Source: Desulfobacterales bacterium
Lineage (GTDB): Bacteria; Desulfobacterota; Desulfobacteria; Desulfobacterales; UBA2174
NCBI GenBank assembly: GCA_963668645.2
Contig: CAXXWC010000021.1
Location: forward strand, 1-64,000
Direction: 5' to 3'
Length of the DNA stretch: 64,000 nucleotides
A program made the position numbers and the translations under genes. The notes below the pieces were generated by a model, which made no database searches, was not told the DNA's origin, and worked only from the letters and a program-made list of their open reading frames with translations. Within the stretch, counting starts at the first letter, position 1; every line of letters begins with the position of its first letter. This document shows positions 8,600-19,588 of this stretch, piece by piece.

Positions 8600-9403
8600 C
8601 TATTTTCCTTTCTGGGCCCGTTCGATGACCTGGTCGTAAGCCTTGCAGTACTCGGGCAGTTCCTTTTGTACGAAGACGCCGCGTTCGATCAGGGCCGGGT
8701 TTTCCGCCTTGGCCTTGGAGCCCACCGGCGTGGTGTTGTCCTTGAGCCAGTTCATCATTTCCACCGGCCCGCCCTGCTTGTTGCGCCGCCCGAAATAGGT
8801 CGGGCACTGGGTCAGGACCTCGACCACCGAAAAGCCTTCGTGCAAAATCGCTTCGCGCAGCAGCTTGGTCAGCTGCTGCACATGGTAGGTGGTCGAGCGG
8901 GCCACGAAGGTGGCCCCGGCCGCCCGGGCCAGCTCGACCACGTCGAAGCCCTGGTCCACGGTGGCATAGGGGGCCGTGGTGGCCATGATCCCGTAGCCCG
9001 AAAGGGGAGAGAACTGGCCGCCGGTCATCCCGTAGATGCGGTTGTTCATCACGATGGCGGTGATGTCGATGTTGCGCCGGGCCGCGTGGATGAAGTGGTT
9101 GCCGCCGATGGCCAGCGCGTCCCCGTCGCCCATGGGCACGATCAGGTTCAGCTCCGGGCGGCTCAGCTTGACCCCCGTGGCAAAGGCCAGGGCCCGGCCG
9201 TGAATCGTATGCAGGGTATGAAAGTCGAGATACCCCGAGATGCGGCTCGAACAGCCGATCCCCGAGGCCATCACGATTTCGTTTTTGCTCATGCCGAGCG
9301 ATTCCACGGCCCGCAGCAGGCTGTTGAGAATGATGCCGTGGCCGCAGCCGGCGCACCAGATGTGCGGGAAAAACCGTTCACGGATATAATCTTTGACAGC
9401 CAT
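8600..9403 (-). CDS. korB: 2-oxoacid:ferredoxin oxidoreductase beta subunit (TPP-binding)
   Basis: WCAGCG, SGIGCS, HGRA, GDGD...NNRIYGMTGGQ. Confidence 0.93.
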   Translation of the reverse strand: MAVKDYIRERFFPHIWCAGCGHGIILNSLLRAVESLGMSKNEIVMASGIGCSSRISGYLDFHTLHTIHGRALAFATGVKLSRPELNLIVPMGDGDALAIGGNHFIHAARRNIDITAIVMNNRIYGMTGGQFSPLSGYGIMATTAPYATVDQGFDVVELARAAGATFVARSTTYHVQQLTKLLREAILHEGFSVVEVLTQCPTYFGRRNKQGGPVEMMNWLKDNTTPVGSKAKAENPALIERGVFVQKELPEYCKAYDQVIERAQKGK

Positions 9404-9406
9404 GGG

Positions 9407-10555
9407 TCAGACTCCTCTCCCCTGGATGAGCCGCAGGATGTTGCGAATATCGGTAGGCGTGATCAGGGTGCCGTCGATGCGGTTGGCCAAAAAGACCTTT
9501 TCCGGTTCGTTCACGGCTGCCTTGACCTCCCGCATGATCTGGCCGGTGTTCATCTCGGCCACTACCACCGAGCGAGCCCGGCTGCACTTTTCGCGCACGA
9601 TGGCGGCTGGAAAGGGCCACAGGGTCTGCAGTTCGAGCAACCCGAGCCGTTCGCCCCGGGCCCGGCGCTCGCGCACCACGTGCAGGGCCGAACGGGCCGA
9701 ACTGCCGTAGGAGATGAACACGGTTTGGGCATCGTCCAGAAAGTGCTCCTTGTAATGGGTCACATGATCGACATTGTTCTCGATCTTGTCTATCAGGTGG
9801 CGCAGCAGCCCGTCGACCACGGTGGGATTGTCCGACGGAAAGCCCCACATGTCGTGAAACAGTCCGGTGACGTTGTAACGGTGCACCCCGCCGAAATCGC
9901 TCATCGGCAGCCGACCGTCCTCACGCGGCAGATAGGGGTGGTAGTCCACCCCCCCGGGCACCGAGGTATGCAGCCGCTCGACCAGCGGAATATTACCGGG
10001 CTCGGGGATCACCAGCTTCTCGCGCATGTGGCCCACCCCTTCATCGAAAAGCAGGATCACCGGCGTGCGGTAGGTTTCGGCGATGTTGAATGCCTCCACC
10101 GTCATGGCGAAAACATCCTGGTGGTTAGAAGCGGTGAGGGTCACGATGCTGTGGTCTCCGTGACTCCCCCAGCGCGCCTGCATCACGTCGCCCTGGGCCA
10201 CGTGGGTGGGGTTGCCGGTGGACGGCCCGCCGCGCTGCACGTTGACGATCACGCAGGGGATCTCGGCCATCACCGCATAGCCCAGGGCCTCCTGTTTAAG
10301 GGAGAATCCCGGCCCGCTGGTGGCCGTCATCACCTTGTGGCCGGTGAGCGAGGCCCCGATGATGGCGCACATGGAGGCGATTTCGTCCTCCATCTGGATA
10401 AACTTGCCGCCGATCTGCGGCAGCCGGGCCGAGAGACCCTCGGCGATTTCCGTGGACGGCGTGATGGGATAGCCGGCAAAAAATTGCAGCCCGGCATACA
10501 AAGCCCCTTCCACGCAGGCCTCGTTTCCTTGGATAAATTTCACATTTGGTTTCAT
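9407..10555 (-). CDS. korA: 2-oxoacid:ferredoxin oxidoreductase alpha subunit
   Basis: GNEA, YPITP, EDEIAS, TATSGPG, QRGGPSTG. Confidence 0.93.
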   Translation of the reverse strand: MKPNVKFIQGNEACVEGALYAGLQFFAGYPITPSTEIAEGLSARLPQIGGKFIQMEDEIASMCAIIGASLTGHKVMTATSGPGFSLKQEALGYAVMAEIPCVIVNVQRGGPSTGNPTHVAQGDVMQARWGSHGDHSIVTLTASNHQDVFAMTVEAFNIAETYRTPVILLFDEGVGHMREKLVIPEPGNIPLVERLHTSVPGGVDYHPYLPREDGRLPMSDFGGVHRYNVTGLFHDMWGFPSDNPTVVDGLLRHLIDKIENNVDHVTHYKEHFLDDAQTVFISYGSSARSALHVVRERRARGERLGLLELQTLWPFPAAIVREKCSRARSVVVAEMNTGQIMREVKAAVNEPEKVFLANRIDGTLITPTDIRNILRLIQGRGV

Positions 10556-10564
10556 CGCAGCGCC

Positions 10565-10780
10565 TTACTCCGTGACGATTTCGATGGCCAGGTCCGGGCA
10601 CCTGAGTTCGCAAAGCCTGCAGGCGATGCAATCCTCGGGCCGTGCCGCCACCGCCTTGTCCTTGTCATCCAGCTCCAGCACCTGCTTGGGGCAAAACGCC
10701 ACGCAGATGCCGCACCCCTTGCACCATCCCCGGTTGATGAGGTGTTCCCTTAGCTTCGGCTTTTCCTTGGTTTGGACCAT
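10565..10780 (-). CDS. korD: 2x[4Fe-4S] ferredoxin-like delta subunit
   Basis: CKGCGICVAFCP and CIACRLCELRCP; ATG at 10780 with AAGGA RBS. Confidence 0.88.
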   Translation of the reverse strand: MVQTKEKPKLREHLINRGWCKGCGICVAFCPKQVLELDDKDKAVAARPEDCIACRLCELRCPDLAIEIVTE

Positions 10781-10846
10781 GCGACTTTCCTTCAACGCCA
10801 AAGGCCGCGCGGACGCGGCCCGGATTATGGATATCCAGTGTTGATC

Positions 10847-11434
10847 TTAACCGACCGTTGTAAACCCGTATTTGTACCTGTCCATCAGCCGGGTTCCGCC
10901 GAACCTGAGCCTGTGAATATCGGCATCGGCAAAATCACAGCAGCAGATGATGATTGCCTCCGGGGTTTGTGGAAAGAGTCTGCTTTGCCATGTATGAGAA
11001 AGAATGATATGCACGATTTGTTTCGGCAGATCGTCAATCAAGGCCTTATGGGCTCCGAGAAAAGAATGCTGGAATATTTTTCCTTCAACGCTTTTTTTTG
11101 CGCCGTCACCGTCGGGTTCGAGCTCCAGCAGTATGCTGGCATCGTGAAGCAGTGCCCCGGCCAGGAGGATATCAAAATCAATCTGTTCACCGTACACGCG
11201 CTCTCTGACCCTTGCAAATTCGATTGATGCCTCGGTAACAGATCGGGTATGGTCGATAAGACTTATTCCCGGGCACTGTAAATTCCAGGCAGCCTTATTT
11301 AAATATTCCCACTTGCTTTCCTGCCACAAGTCATACCAGACCTTTGCCACTTTATCAGCCAAATTTCGGTCCTTGAAGTTGTCAAACAATGGGAAATATT
11401 CCCGCATCACTTTCAAACAATTATTGCAACCCAT
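10847..11434 (-). CDS. Stand-alone HD-domain metal-dependent hydrolase
   Basis: LIDHT...AGALLHD...HSFLGA...ILSH...EAII...D metal-ligand pattern. Confidence 0.85.
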   Translation of the reverse strand: MGCNNCLKVMREYFPLFDNFKDRNLADKVAKVWYDLWQESKWEYLNKAAWNLQCPGISLIDHTRSVTEASIEFARVRERVYGEQIDFDILLAGALLHDASILLELEPDGDGAKKSVEGKIFQHSFLGAHKALIDDLPKQIVHIILSHTWQSRLFPQTPEAIIICCCDFADADIHRLRFGGTRLMDRYKYGFTTVG

Positions 11435-11499
11435 CTTTATCCTCCATTAATCTGATCATGATGATGGTCGAACAGCATAAAATCATTTCCCGGAAAACG

Positions 11500-12999
11500 C
11501 TAGTTTTTCTTCGCCTCTCTTACGGCTTTTCTCGAAAAAAGCGGCAGCACCAATACACCCACTGTAAGAAGGAGCGTTACGATGGGTATCGGACGCAAAA
11601 AGCTGTGGATTCCTCCGATCGTGACGGCCCAGTGAAAGTTTGTTTCGGCCAAAGGCCCAAGAAGCATGGAAAGCAGGAAGGCCGGAACGGAGTAGCCATA
11701 ACGGGAAAGAAGGGCTCCAAAAACACCGAATATCACGACCAGTGACATGTCAAAGGTCATGGTACGCCAGGCAAATCCGCCGGCGAGACAGAAAAGGCCG
11801 ATAATCGGAACGAGAAATTTGGTCGGGACCATAGTGACCCGGACAAACAGAGTCCCCACGATAAGAGAAACAATGAGCATTACAATATTGGCCAGCGGCA
11901 GTGAAAACAGTATCGCATAGCCTTCCTTCGCAAAGTCCACAAACATGGTCGGCCCTGGCCGCACCCCGTTGATCATCAGGGCTGCCATTACGATCAGGGT
12001 TGTCCCAGATCCGGGTATGCCGAGAATAAGCGTAGGAATAATCGCTCCGCCAGGAACGCCATTGTTGCATGCATCGGTTGAAACAAGACCCTCGTAATGT
12101 CCGGTGCCGAACTTTTGCGGCTGTTTGCTCCACTGTTTGGCCTGCCCGTAGCTCACCCATGTAGCGATCGCTCCTCCGGTCCCCGGTATGATTCCGACGA
12201 TGAACCCGATCAATGAGGATCGTATCATACACCCCCAGTAGGATAGTCCCTGTTTCATTCCTTCGATGAGATTTCCGAATCCGGTTGACACCTTCCTTCC
12301 TTTTTCGATCAAAAAATCTTCCTGAACGAGTGAAAACAATTCCGAATAACCAAACAGCCCAAGGAGAACCGGAATCAACGGAAAACCCTCGTAAAGTTCA
12401 AAAAAGCCGAATACTCCACGGCTGTAGGCATATTCCGCTTCCGTTCCTACGCAGGCGACAAACAGCCCCAAAACGGAGGAAAAAAGACCCTTCAAAACGG
12501 ATTTTCCGGTCAATGAGCCGACGGCTGTCATACCGAATACGGCGGCCATGAACAGTTCGGCCGGGCCGAATTGAAGTGCATATATACCGACGATGGGACA
12601 AAGTACCAACGTGATGCAACCGGTGATAAATCCGCCGATGGCCGATGAAATAAAGGAACACCCCAAGGCTTGGCCGGCAAACCCTTTGCGCGTTAAAGGA
12701 AACCCCTCAAGGCATGTAGGTGCATTACTCGGCGTGCCTGGGATGTTGAGCAAAATAGCCGGGATGGAGCCGGCTGCCTGGGAACCGCAAAAACAGGCCA
12801 TCATGAATATGACCGCCTGCATGGCGCCCAAATAAATTGTAAACGGCAGTATCATCGCTAAAAAATTGGTATCATTGAAACCGGGAATCGCGCCTACGAT
12901 AAAACCTGCCGATAAGCCGAGCACCAGCCATCCCAGGGTGTGAGGATCCAGAAGCAACATCAACCCTGAATAGATGACGCTTGCGTTAGGAATTTCCAT
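11500..12999 (-). CDS. tctA: Tripartite tricarboxylate transporter large permease
   Basis: GAIPG, ILLNIPGTP, FGPAELF, GIIPG.GG, NNG..GG.IIPTL.LGIPGS. Confidence 0.92.
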   Translation of the reverse strand: MEIPNASVIYSGLMLLLDPHTLGWLVLGLSAGFIVGAIPGFNDTNFLAMILPFTIYLGAMQAVIFMMACFCGSQAAGSIPAILLNIPGTPSNAPTCLEGFPLTRKGFAGQALGCSFISSAIGGFITGCITLVLCPIVGIYALQFGPAELFMAAVFGMTAVGSLTGKSVLKGLFSSVLGLFVACVGTEAEYAYSRGVFGFFELYEGFPLIPVLLGLFGYSELFSLVQEDFLIEKGRKVSTGFGNLIEGMKQGLSYWGCMIRSSLIGFIVGIIPGTGGAIATWVSYGQAKQWSKQPQKFGTGHYEGLVSTDACNNGVPGGAIIPTLILGIPGSGTTLIVMAALMINGVRPGPTMFVDFAKEGYAILFSLPLANIVMLIVSLIVGTLFVRVTMVPTKFLVPIIGLFCLAGGFAWRTMTFDMSLVVIFGVFGALLSRYGYSVPAFLLSMLLGPLAETNFHWAVTIGGIHSFLRPIPIVTLLLTVGVLVLPLFSRKAVREAKKN

Positions 13000-13032
13000 A
13001 ACACCATCCTGTTATATATTAGTTAGATTCTA

Positions 13033-13512
13033 TCATATGCACAACGGCCCGATGCAGAGCTGTGGCAGTTCCAATTTCATGGCAACAATAAAGCTCAGAT
13101 GTAAAAACAAAGTAATAATAAAACTCAAGCTGAAGTTTTGGATAATATTTTTATTGCCGAGCAGACGAAAGATGGAAAACAGAAAAATAAAGTTGGTAAT
13201 TGAAAATCCAAGATAAGGTATGGAAATCAAATATCCTATAGAGGCAATAAAAATTATGCTTACCTTTGATCCGCCTTTCCAGAACCAAGAAATTGAAAAA
13301 CTCTTAGGCTGGGATTTTTCAATATTTTCAAGCGCAAAACTGTAAATAATCAGCACCCATATGGGAAGAAGAATAGTGGCAATTAAGGCGGGCCAGTATA
13401 TGGCTCCCCACGGCGCATTTTTTACCTGGATAAAATAGACCAAGGCAAAAACGAATGTTAATCCAGGTACGATGCATTCGCCCCAATTTATATTTTTTTT
13501 CGAAAAAACCAT
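13033..13512 (-). CDS. tctB: Tripartite tricarboxylate transporter small permease
   Basis: Several TM segments, YL..IPYLGF and a C-terminal L.LP motif; lies between tctC and tctA; ATG at 13512 with GGAGG RBS. Confidence 0.8.
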   Translation of the reverse strand: MVFSKKNINWGECIVPGLTFVFALVYFIQVKNAPWGAIYWPALIATILLPIWVLIIYSFALENIEKSQPKSFSISWFWKGGSKVSIIFIASIGYLISIPYLGFSITNFIFLFSIFRLLGNKNIIQNFSLSFIITLFLHLSFIVAMKLELPQLCIGPLCI

Positions 13513-13741
13513 CGTGGAACCTCCCAAGGCCTTCTATCGCGCAAAACAACTACGCTTATCATTTCAAGCCAACCAGATATGCTGATTTGTTTTCAATCCG
13601 ATATCTCTCAACCCTTTTATCCTCGCAGCCTTTTTATGGCTGCGAGGTATCCTTGAGGCGAACATGTTCACTTCAGCAGTAATGCTCCCACCCAAAATGA
13701 TACAATGCCGGAGCATACCTGAAATGCGCTTTCAGACAAAC

Positions 13742-14716
13742 TCAATCACCCATTAAATGTTTGTACTTGGGCCACACTTCATTTCTGAATGTGCCGACAT
13801 AGTCTTCACACTCTTCGGGCGACCAGTATTCAACAAAGTGTTCCATCTCCAGGCTTTTTGCCATGGTCTGGCTCTCCTTTGTTTCAAGGGCCTGTTTGAG
13901 GGTTTCAACTAATTTTTTATATGCCTCCGGCGACTCATTTATCGTGTCCCTCTTTATCATGAAACAGTAGGAGTCGATAAGGGTTGGCATCTTGATTCCG
14001 GTACCTTGGGTCATGGTCGGCATATCCCAGATTCCCGGATATGTTTTTTTGGCTGTGAATGAACCGATCCCTTTTATAAAGGCCTTTTTTGACGATGAAG
14101 AATAGTAGGCGCCGATGCAGGCACTCACCTGCTTTCCGGCCAGCACATCTCTTGACTTCGTCCCGCTGTTAAAGGGCACGCCCTTGGCGTTTATTCCTGT
14201 TTCACTTATCAATATCTGCGAGGCCAGTTGGCCGACTGATTTGGCATACGGTGTTGAAATGATAAGAGGATCTTTTGCATTTTTGCCGGCATTAATAAAG
14301 TCGTCAAGCGTATTCCAGGAAGATTCGTTGTTAACCAGCAGGACATCCGGATCGGCGATCACATTGCCGACAAACGCGACCTTATCCCATCCGCATAGTT
14401 TGGCATTTGCTTCGTTATCGGCGACCGCCATTGCATGCATAAGAATTGAGGTGACGATTATCGTATATCCGTCGGATGGAGAGGCCATCAATCGGGAAAA
14501 TCCGATCATTGTCGATGCGCCCGGAAGGTATACAAACTTCATCGGATGGCCAAGGATTTTCTCCCACCCGGCTGCGGCGACCCGGCTGGTTATATCAAAT
14601 CCGCCTCCCGCCTTTGCGGGGACGATGAGTGTGATCGGTTTATTGGGAAAATCTCCCGCGAAGGAAGTACTAACGGCAAGCAGTATTATAATCAAAATTA
14701 AAGATAGCCTTTTCAT
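13742..14716 (-). CDS. tctC: TTT periplasmic binding protein (TctC/Bug)
   Basis: Signal peptide then FPNKPITLIVPAKAGGGFD...PGA...DGYT; ATG at 14716 with AGGAGG RBS. Confidence 0.9.
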   Translation of the reverse strand: MKRLSLILIIILLAVSTSFAGDFPNKPITLIVPAKAGGGFDITSRVAAAGWEKILGHPMKFVYLPGASTMIGFSRLMASPSDGYTIIVTSILMHAMAVADNEANAKLCGWDKVAFVGNVIADPDVLLVNNESSWNTLDDFINAGKNAKDPLIISTPYAKSVGQLASQILISETGINAKGVPFNSGTKSRDVLAGKQVSACIGAYYSSSSKKAFIKGIGSFTAKKTYPGIWDMPTMTQGTGIKMPTLIDSYCFMIKRDTINESPEAYKKLVETLKQALETKESQTMAKSLEMEHFVEYWSPEECEDYVGTFRNEVWPKYKHLMGD

Positions 14717-14890
14717 TTTGACCTCCTGAGCGATTTTAGGACAACATCTTCTTGTGGTTAAAAAATTCCCTTTACCGGCATCCCTTTTACCGGTATCCTT
14801 TGTCTTGCCCTCACCCTCCTTTCGCCTATATTTTAAGCACCCGTATATTACCATGATTTTTTCTTGAAATCCTCCACCTTTCTGAAAAAA

Positions 14891-16270
14891 TCAATATAAA
14901 ATGCCGGATAATGCTTCAATGTTTTCCATTGTTTCCATCTTTTCGATGGCCGCAATAATCTTATCCGCTCTTTGCCGGTCACGGAATCCTGACATCTCCA
15001 AATTTGCTTTGAATTTATACTTTACCGCCTCCCTGTCAAGGCAGGCGTTCGAGTAATCAAGTTCATATTTTTGCTGATGGCTATACTGTTGGCCACTTTT
15101 TAATTCGATGAGTATATCTCCTGAAAATTCTACCACTTCTTTTGACAGTGACTCATCGGTTAGATACTCTACTTTTCCGGCGCAAGATCTTATATTTTCA
15201 TCATGGATGTAGTGATCATTAAACTGTTCAAGACCGACTTTTCCTTTTACAAGCGCCATGGCCAGCGTGAAGGGTAGACTGAATCGCGCCTCGTACGATG
15301 TGGAAGCTTTTCGTTTCTTTTCTATGGGATCGCAGGTCCAGCGTGCTCCCCTGGGACTGATGCGGCATTTTATCCGCGAGATGTCTTGCCACTGGATGTT
15401 ATGCCGATTTTTCAAATACAAAGCACAGTTTATGAAACTGTGGGTAAATTGGCAGCTTGGATAGAGCTTGATGGAGGTACGCAGGGTTTCCCATTCACGT
15501 CCAAGGGATTCCGTGAGCAGGTTGAGTTTGCATTTGCCTATATTCACGTGGGTTGAAAATACTCCCGCTTTTCCCTCAAAAACTTCACCAGGACCGGTGA
15601 ACCCGCTCGATGCCAGCAGGGCGGATAAGATCCCGCTGTGAGCGGCCCATCCCGGATGCAATTTTTTCGTCCACGTGCCGTCGGCCAGAAACTGTTGAAT
15701 CCCCGATGCCTGGCTGCCGCATATGCCCATGGCGTTTACCATCTGGCCGGCAGTCAATCCTTCTATTTTTGCCGCCGTCAAACAGGATGCGAATACGCCG
15801 CACAATGGCGTCACATGGAATCCTCTGTCCTGGAACTGTCCATTTGACGCCATTCCGATCCTGGTCATCACTTCGTAACCCAGAACGACCGCCTCAAGAA
15901 AATCTTTTCCGCGAATCTTCTCCGCTTCACCAAGCGCCAATGCGGTGGGGATGATACATGAACCGGGATGAGTGGCACCGGGAAGATGGGTGTCGTCAAA
16001 ATCGTTTCCATGAATCAAGGCCCCATTTGCGCATGCCGCATATTCGCGCGATATTTTCTCCCCTGCCCCCAGCAGGGTGCTCTCCGGATTGCTCTTAAGC
16101 TTTGCGAATGCATCTGTCAGTGACCGGGAATAGGTATCGGACAGGGAAGTAAATGCCACCCCCAGACTGTCCAGGATATGCAGCTTCGCCCTTTCGATAA
16201 CTTCTGAGGGGATCGCGTTAAATGACAAATTAGCTGCAAAATCGGCGATTCGCTCTGAGTAGGTGCCCAT
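14891..16270 (-). CDS. MmgE/PrpD family protein
   Basis: ILDSLGV, HGNDFDDTH...HPG, GFH, KKLHPGWAA, KLYPSC..TH; ATG at 16270. Confidence 0.9.
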   Translation of the reverse strand: MGTYSERIADFAANLSFNAIPSEVIERAKLHILDSLGVAFTSLSDTYSRSLTDAFAKLKSNPESTLLGAGEKISREYAACANGALIHGNDFDDTHLPGATHPGSCIIPTALALGEAEKIRGKDFLEAVVLGYEVMTRIGMASNGQFQDRGFHVTPLCGVFASCLTAAKIEGLTAGQMVNAMGICGSQASGIQQFLADGTWTKKLHPGWAAHSGILSALLASSGFTGPGEVFEGKAGVFSTHVNIGKCKLNLLTESLGREWETLRTSIKLYPSCQFTHSFINCALYLKNRHNIQWQDISRIKCRISPRGARWTCDPIEKKRKASTSYEARFSLPFTLAMALVKGKVGLEQFNDHYIHDENIRSCAGKVEYLTDESLSKEVVEFSGDILIELKSGQQYSHQQKYELDYSNACLDREAVKYKFKANLEMSGFRDRQRADKIIAAIEKMETMENIEALSGILY

Positions 16271-16347
16271 CGCATCCTCTTGAGTTATGCGGCGGCCAGG
16301 TTTTCGATTCGTCTTTCTCATCGATGTCCCTGGCAGCCGCCGGGGGA

Positions 16348-17565
<1,218 letters not shown>

Positions 17566-17597
17566 TTTCAGCCTCCTTCAACGATTGTTGCGCCGCC

Positions 17598-19025
17598 TTA
17601 TGCAAGAAGCGCGCTCAGCGTGTTGATATCATCCAATGATTCTATCCGTTCAACGCAAAGGGCGATCCGATCGGCCCGATCCGGGCCGATGATCCCGTCT
17701 GCGAGGGAATGATACTTTTGTTTGACTTCATCCATGGACATGGAATTTTCAGGCGAGCCTTTCGGCCCCGGCACCTCATGCCAAAACTGGCGGCCGTCTG
17801 TGAGCCTGACGAGCACCTTGCCGGGAAAGGTCTGCGGGTATTTTTTCTCTATTTGCGGATCGACTTCAAAGCGCACCTTACGGGCCAGCGCTACCAGGTC
17901 GGGGGACGCAATCTTGGAAACCGAAAAAAGCTCGGGCGTGATGCGCCCTTCGCTGATAGCCAGGGCGATGCAGTAGCCCATGTTCATCTGGGCCTGCATC
18001 GGACTGATGGGTTCGTAACGCCAGCAGGTCTGCTTCAGGACGACGCTGTGGTTGAAGACCACGACTTCCTGGACCGCTTCGGGGCTGAATCGATGCTTTT
18101 GTTTCAGGTACAGCACGGCATCGATGGAAGAATGGGTGCTGGCGCAGCAAGGATAAGGCTTGATGCCGACGCCGGCACTCAAAAAGTCCTCGCCTAACCC
18201 GGCGGTCAGCCGGCTCGGGTCGGGCGTATCTGAAACCGCTTTCAAAAAGCCGCCGTCTTCATATTCCAGTACCCGGGTCGGACCTGTAAAACCCTGCCGG
18301 GCGAGTTCGGCCGCCAGGATCCCGCTTTGGGCCGAACGGCCCGGATGCAGCCGTTTACTGTTTGACCCATCACAGGTAAAGGCCATCAATCCGGATGCCT
18401 GGGTGCCTGCCAGACCCAAGGCGTTAGCCATTTGCAGAGCATCCAATCCGAGCAGACGACCCGCCGCCGCCGCCGCACCGAAGGGGCCGCACAGTCCGGT
18501 GATGTGCCACCCTCTCCGGCGCATGGAAAGGGCTCCTGCGGCCAGCGCCACACGGATCATCGTCTCGTAGCCCACGATCAGTGCCTGGATCAGTGCGGCA
18601 CCGCCGGCTTTTTCCCGTTCGGCCACGGCCAGGGCCGCCGGGATCACAACCGCCCCGGGGTGCAGCTTGCCGGCAGGATGGTAGTCGTCCAGCTCGAAGC
18701 TGTGGGCCATGACACCCGTTGCCAGGGCGACACTGCTGGCCGCTGCCTGAAAATCGTGCACCCAGAGCGTCGCTTCAAAGGGGCCGCCCAGTTTGCGCAC
18801 ATAGGCGTTGATGATTTCTGACCACGAGGTGCGCGAACCGAATATGCCGCACCCGATGGTGTCGAGCAGATATTTTTTCGCCGCGGCCTTCAGGGTGTCT
18901 GAAAACCGATCGCCGGGAAATGTCGCGGCGAATGCGGATAACTGAAAGGTCGGCGAGTCGCTGGCAACGGCCGTGTTGCTGATCTGGGGTCCGGCCGCGG
19001 TTGTTGTCGTTTTTTCAGTTCGCAT
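17598..19025 (-). CDS. MmgE/PrpD family protein (second copy)
   Basis: LLDTIGC, HSFELDDYH...HPG, GWH, KRLHPGRSA, KPYPCC..TH, PKGSPEN. Confidence 0.9.
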   Translation of the reverse strand: MRTEKTTTTAAGPQISNTAVASDSPTFQLSAFAATFPGDRFSDTLKAAAKKYLLDTIGCGIFGSRTSWSEIINAYVRKLGGPFEATLWVHDFQAAASSVALATGVMAHSFELDDYHPAGKLHPGAVVIPAALAVAEREKAGGAALIQALIVGYETMIRVALAAGALSMRRRGWHITGLCGPFGAAAAAGRLLGLDALQMANALGLAGTQASGLMAFTCDGSNSKRLHPGRSAQSGILAAELARQGFTGPTRVLEYEDGGFLKAVSDTPDPSRLTAGLGEDFLSAGVGIKPYPCCASTHSSIDAVLYLKQKHRFSPEAVQEVVVFNHSVVLKQTCWRYEPISPMQAQMNMGYCIALAISEGRITPELFSVSKIASPDLVALARKVRFEVDPQIEKKYPQTFPGKVLVRLTDGRQFWHEVPGPKGSPENSMSMDEVKQKYHSLADGIIGPDRADRIALCVERIESLDDINTLSALLA

Positions 19026-19081
19026 ATCCTTAGCACCGTTTGTGTAATCGTTGCGATGCCGTGCAGGCGGTCTGCGGCATA

Positions 19082-19588
19082 TTAAAGCCCTTCCAGGGAG
19101 TGGAATTTTTCGATGTAATTTAACAGGCCGTCTTCGGCGACGATCTTTTTCTCCACGGTTCCCAGGTGGAATTTTCGCATGAAATCGGGATCTGCTTTTT
19201 TACGGATTTCACCGCTGTCCAGATCCACCCATAGCCGGTCGCCTTCCTCGATCGGGTCCGTATCGCATTGGATCAACAGCATTCCGTTATTAATGGCGTT
19301 GCGGTAAAAAATCCGGCCGAAACTTTTGGCCAGAATAGCGCCGACGCCGGCAAGCTTGATGATCAAAGGGGCGATTTCCCGGCTTGAACCGCAACCGAAA
19401 TTATTGCCGGCCACCACCAGGTCGCCGGCCTTGATCTTTTGAGCGAATTCAGGCTTGACATCCTCAAACACATGCTTGGCATATTCCGCAGGATTGGATC
19501 GCAGATGGAACAGGTGCCCCGGTGCAATGGAATCGGTACTGACATTATCGCCGAATTTCCAGGCGGTTCCGCTGAACTTGGTATTCAT
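19082..19588 (-). CDS. Aconitase-family dehydratase small subunit (LeuD/HacB/DmdB type)
   Basis: WKFGDNVSTD, NFGCGSSRE, SFGRIFYRNAINNG. Confidence 0.9.
   Translation of the reverse strand: MNTKFSGTAWKFGDNVSTDSIAPGHLFHLRSNPAEYAKHVFEDVKPEFAQKIKAGDLVVAGNNFGCGSSREIAPLIIKLAGVGAILAKSFGRIFYRNAINNGMLLIQCDTDPIEEGDRLWVDLDSGEIRKKADPDFMRKFHLGTVEKKIVAEDGLLNYIEKFHSLEGL

Noticed and set aside
8598..9356. 432-aa version of korC suggesting a fusion
   Set aside because: The extension overlaps korB in another frame and is Arg/Gly/Pro-rich noise; the real start is 8597 with an RBS.
8666..10753. 695-aa plus-strand ORF, and similar long antisense ORFs (2757..4001, 32141..33442, 43387..44646, 56558..58105, 58556..59842, 61634..62851)
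   Set aside because: Shadow frames opposite well-supported genes in high-GC DNA; no motifs.
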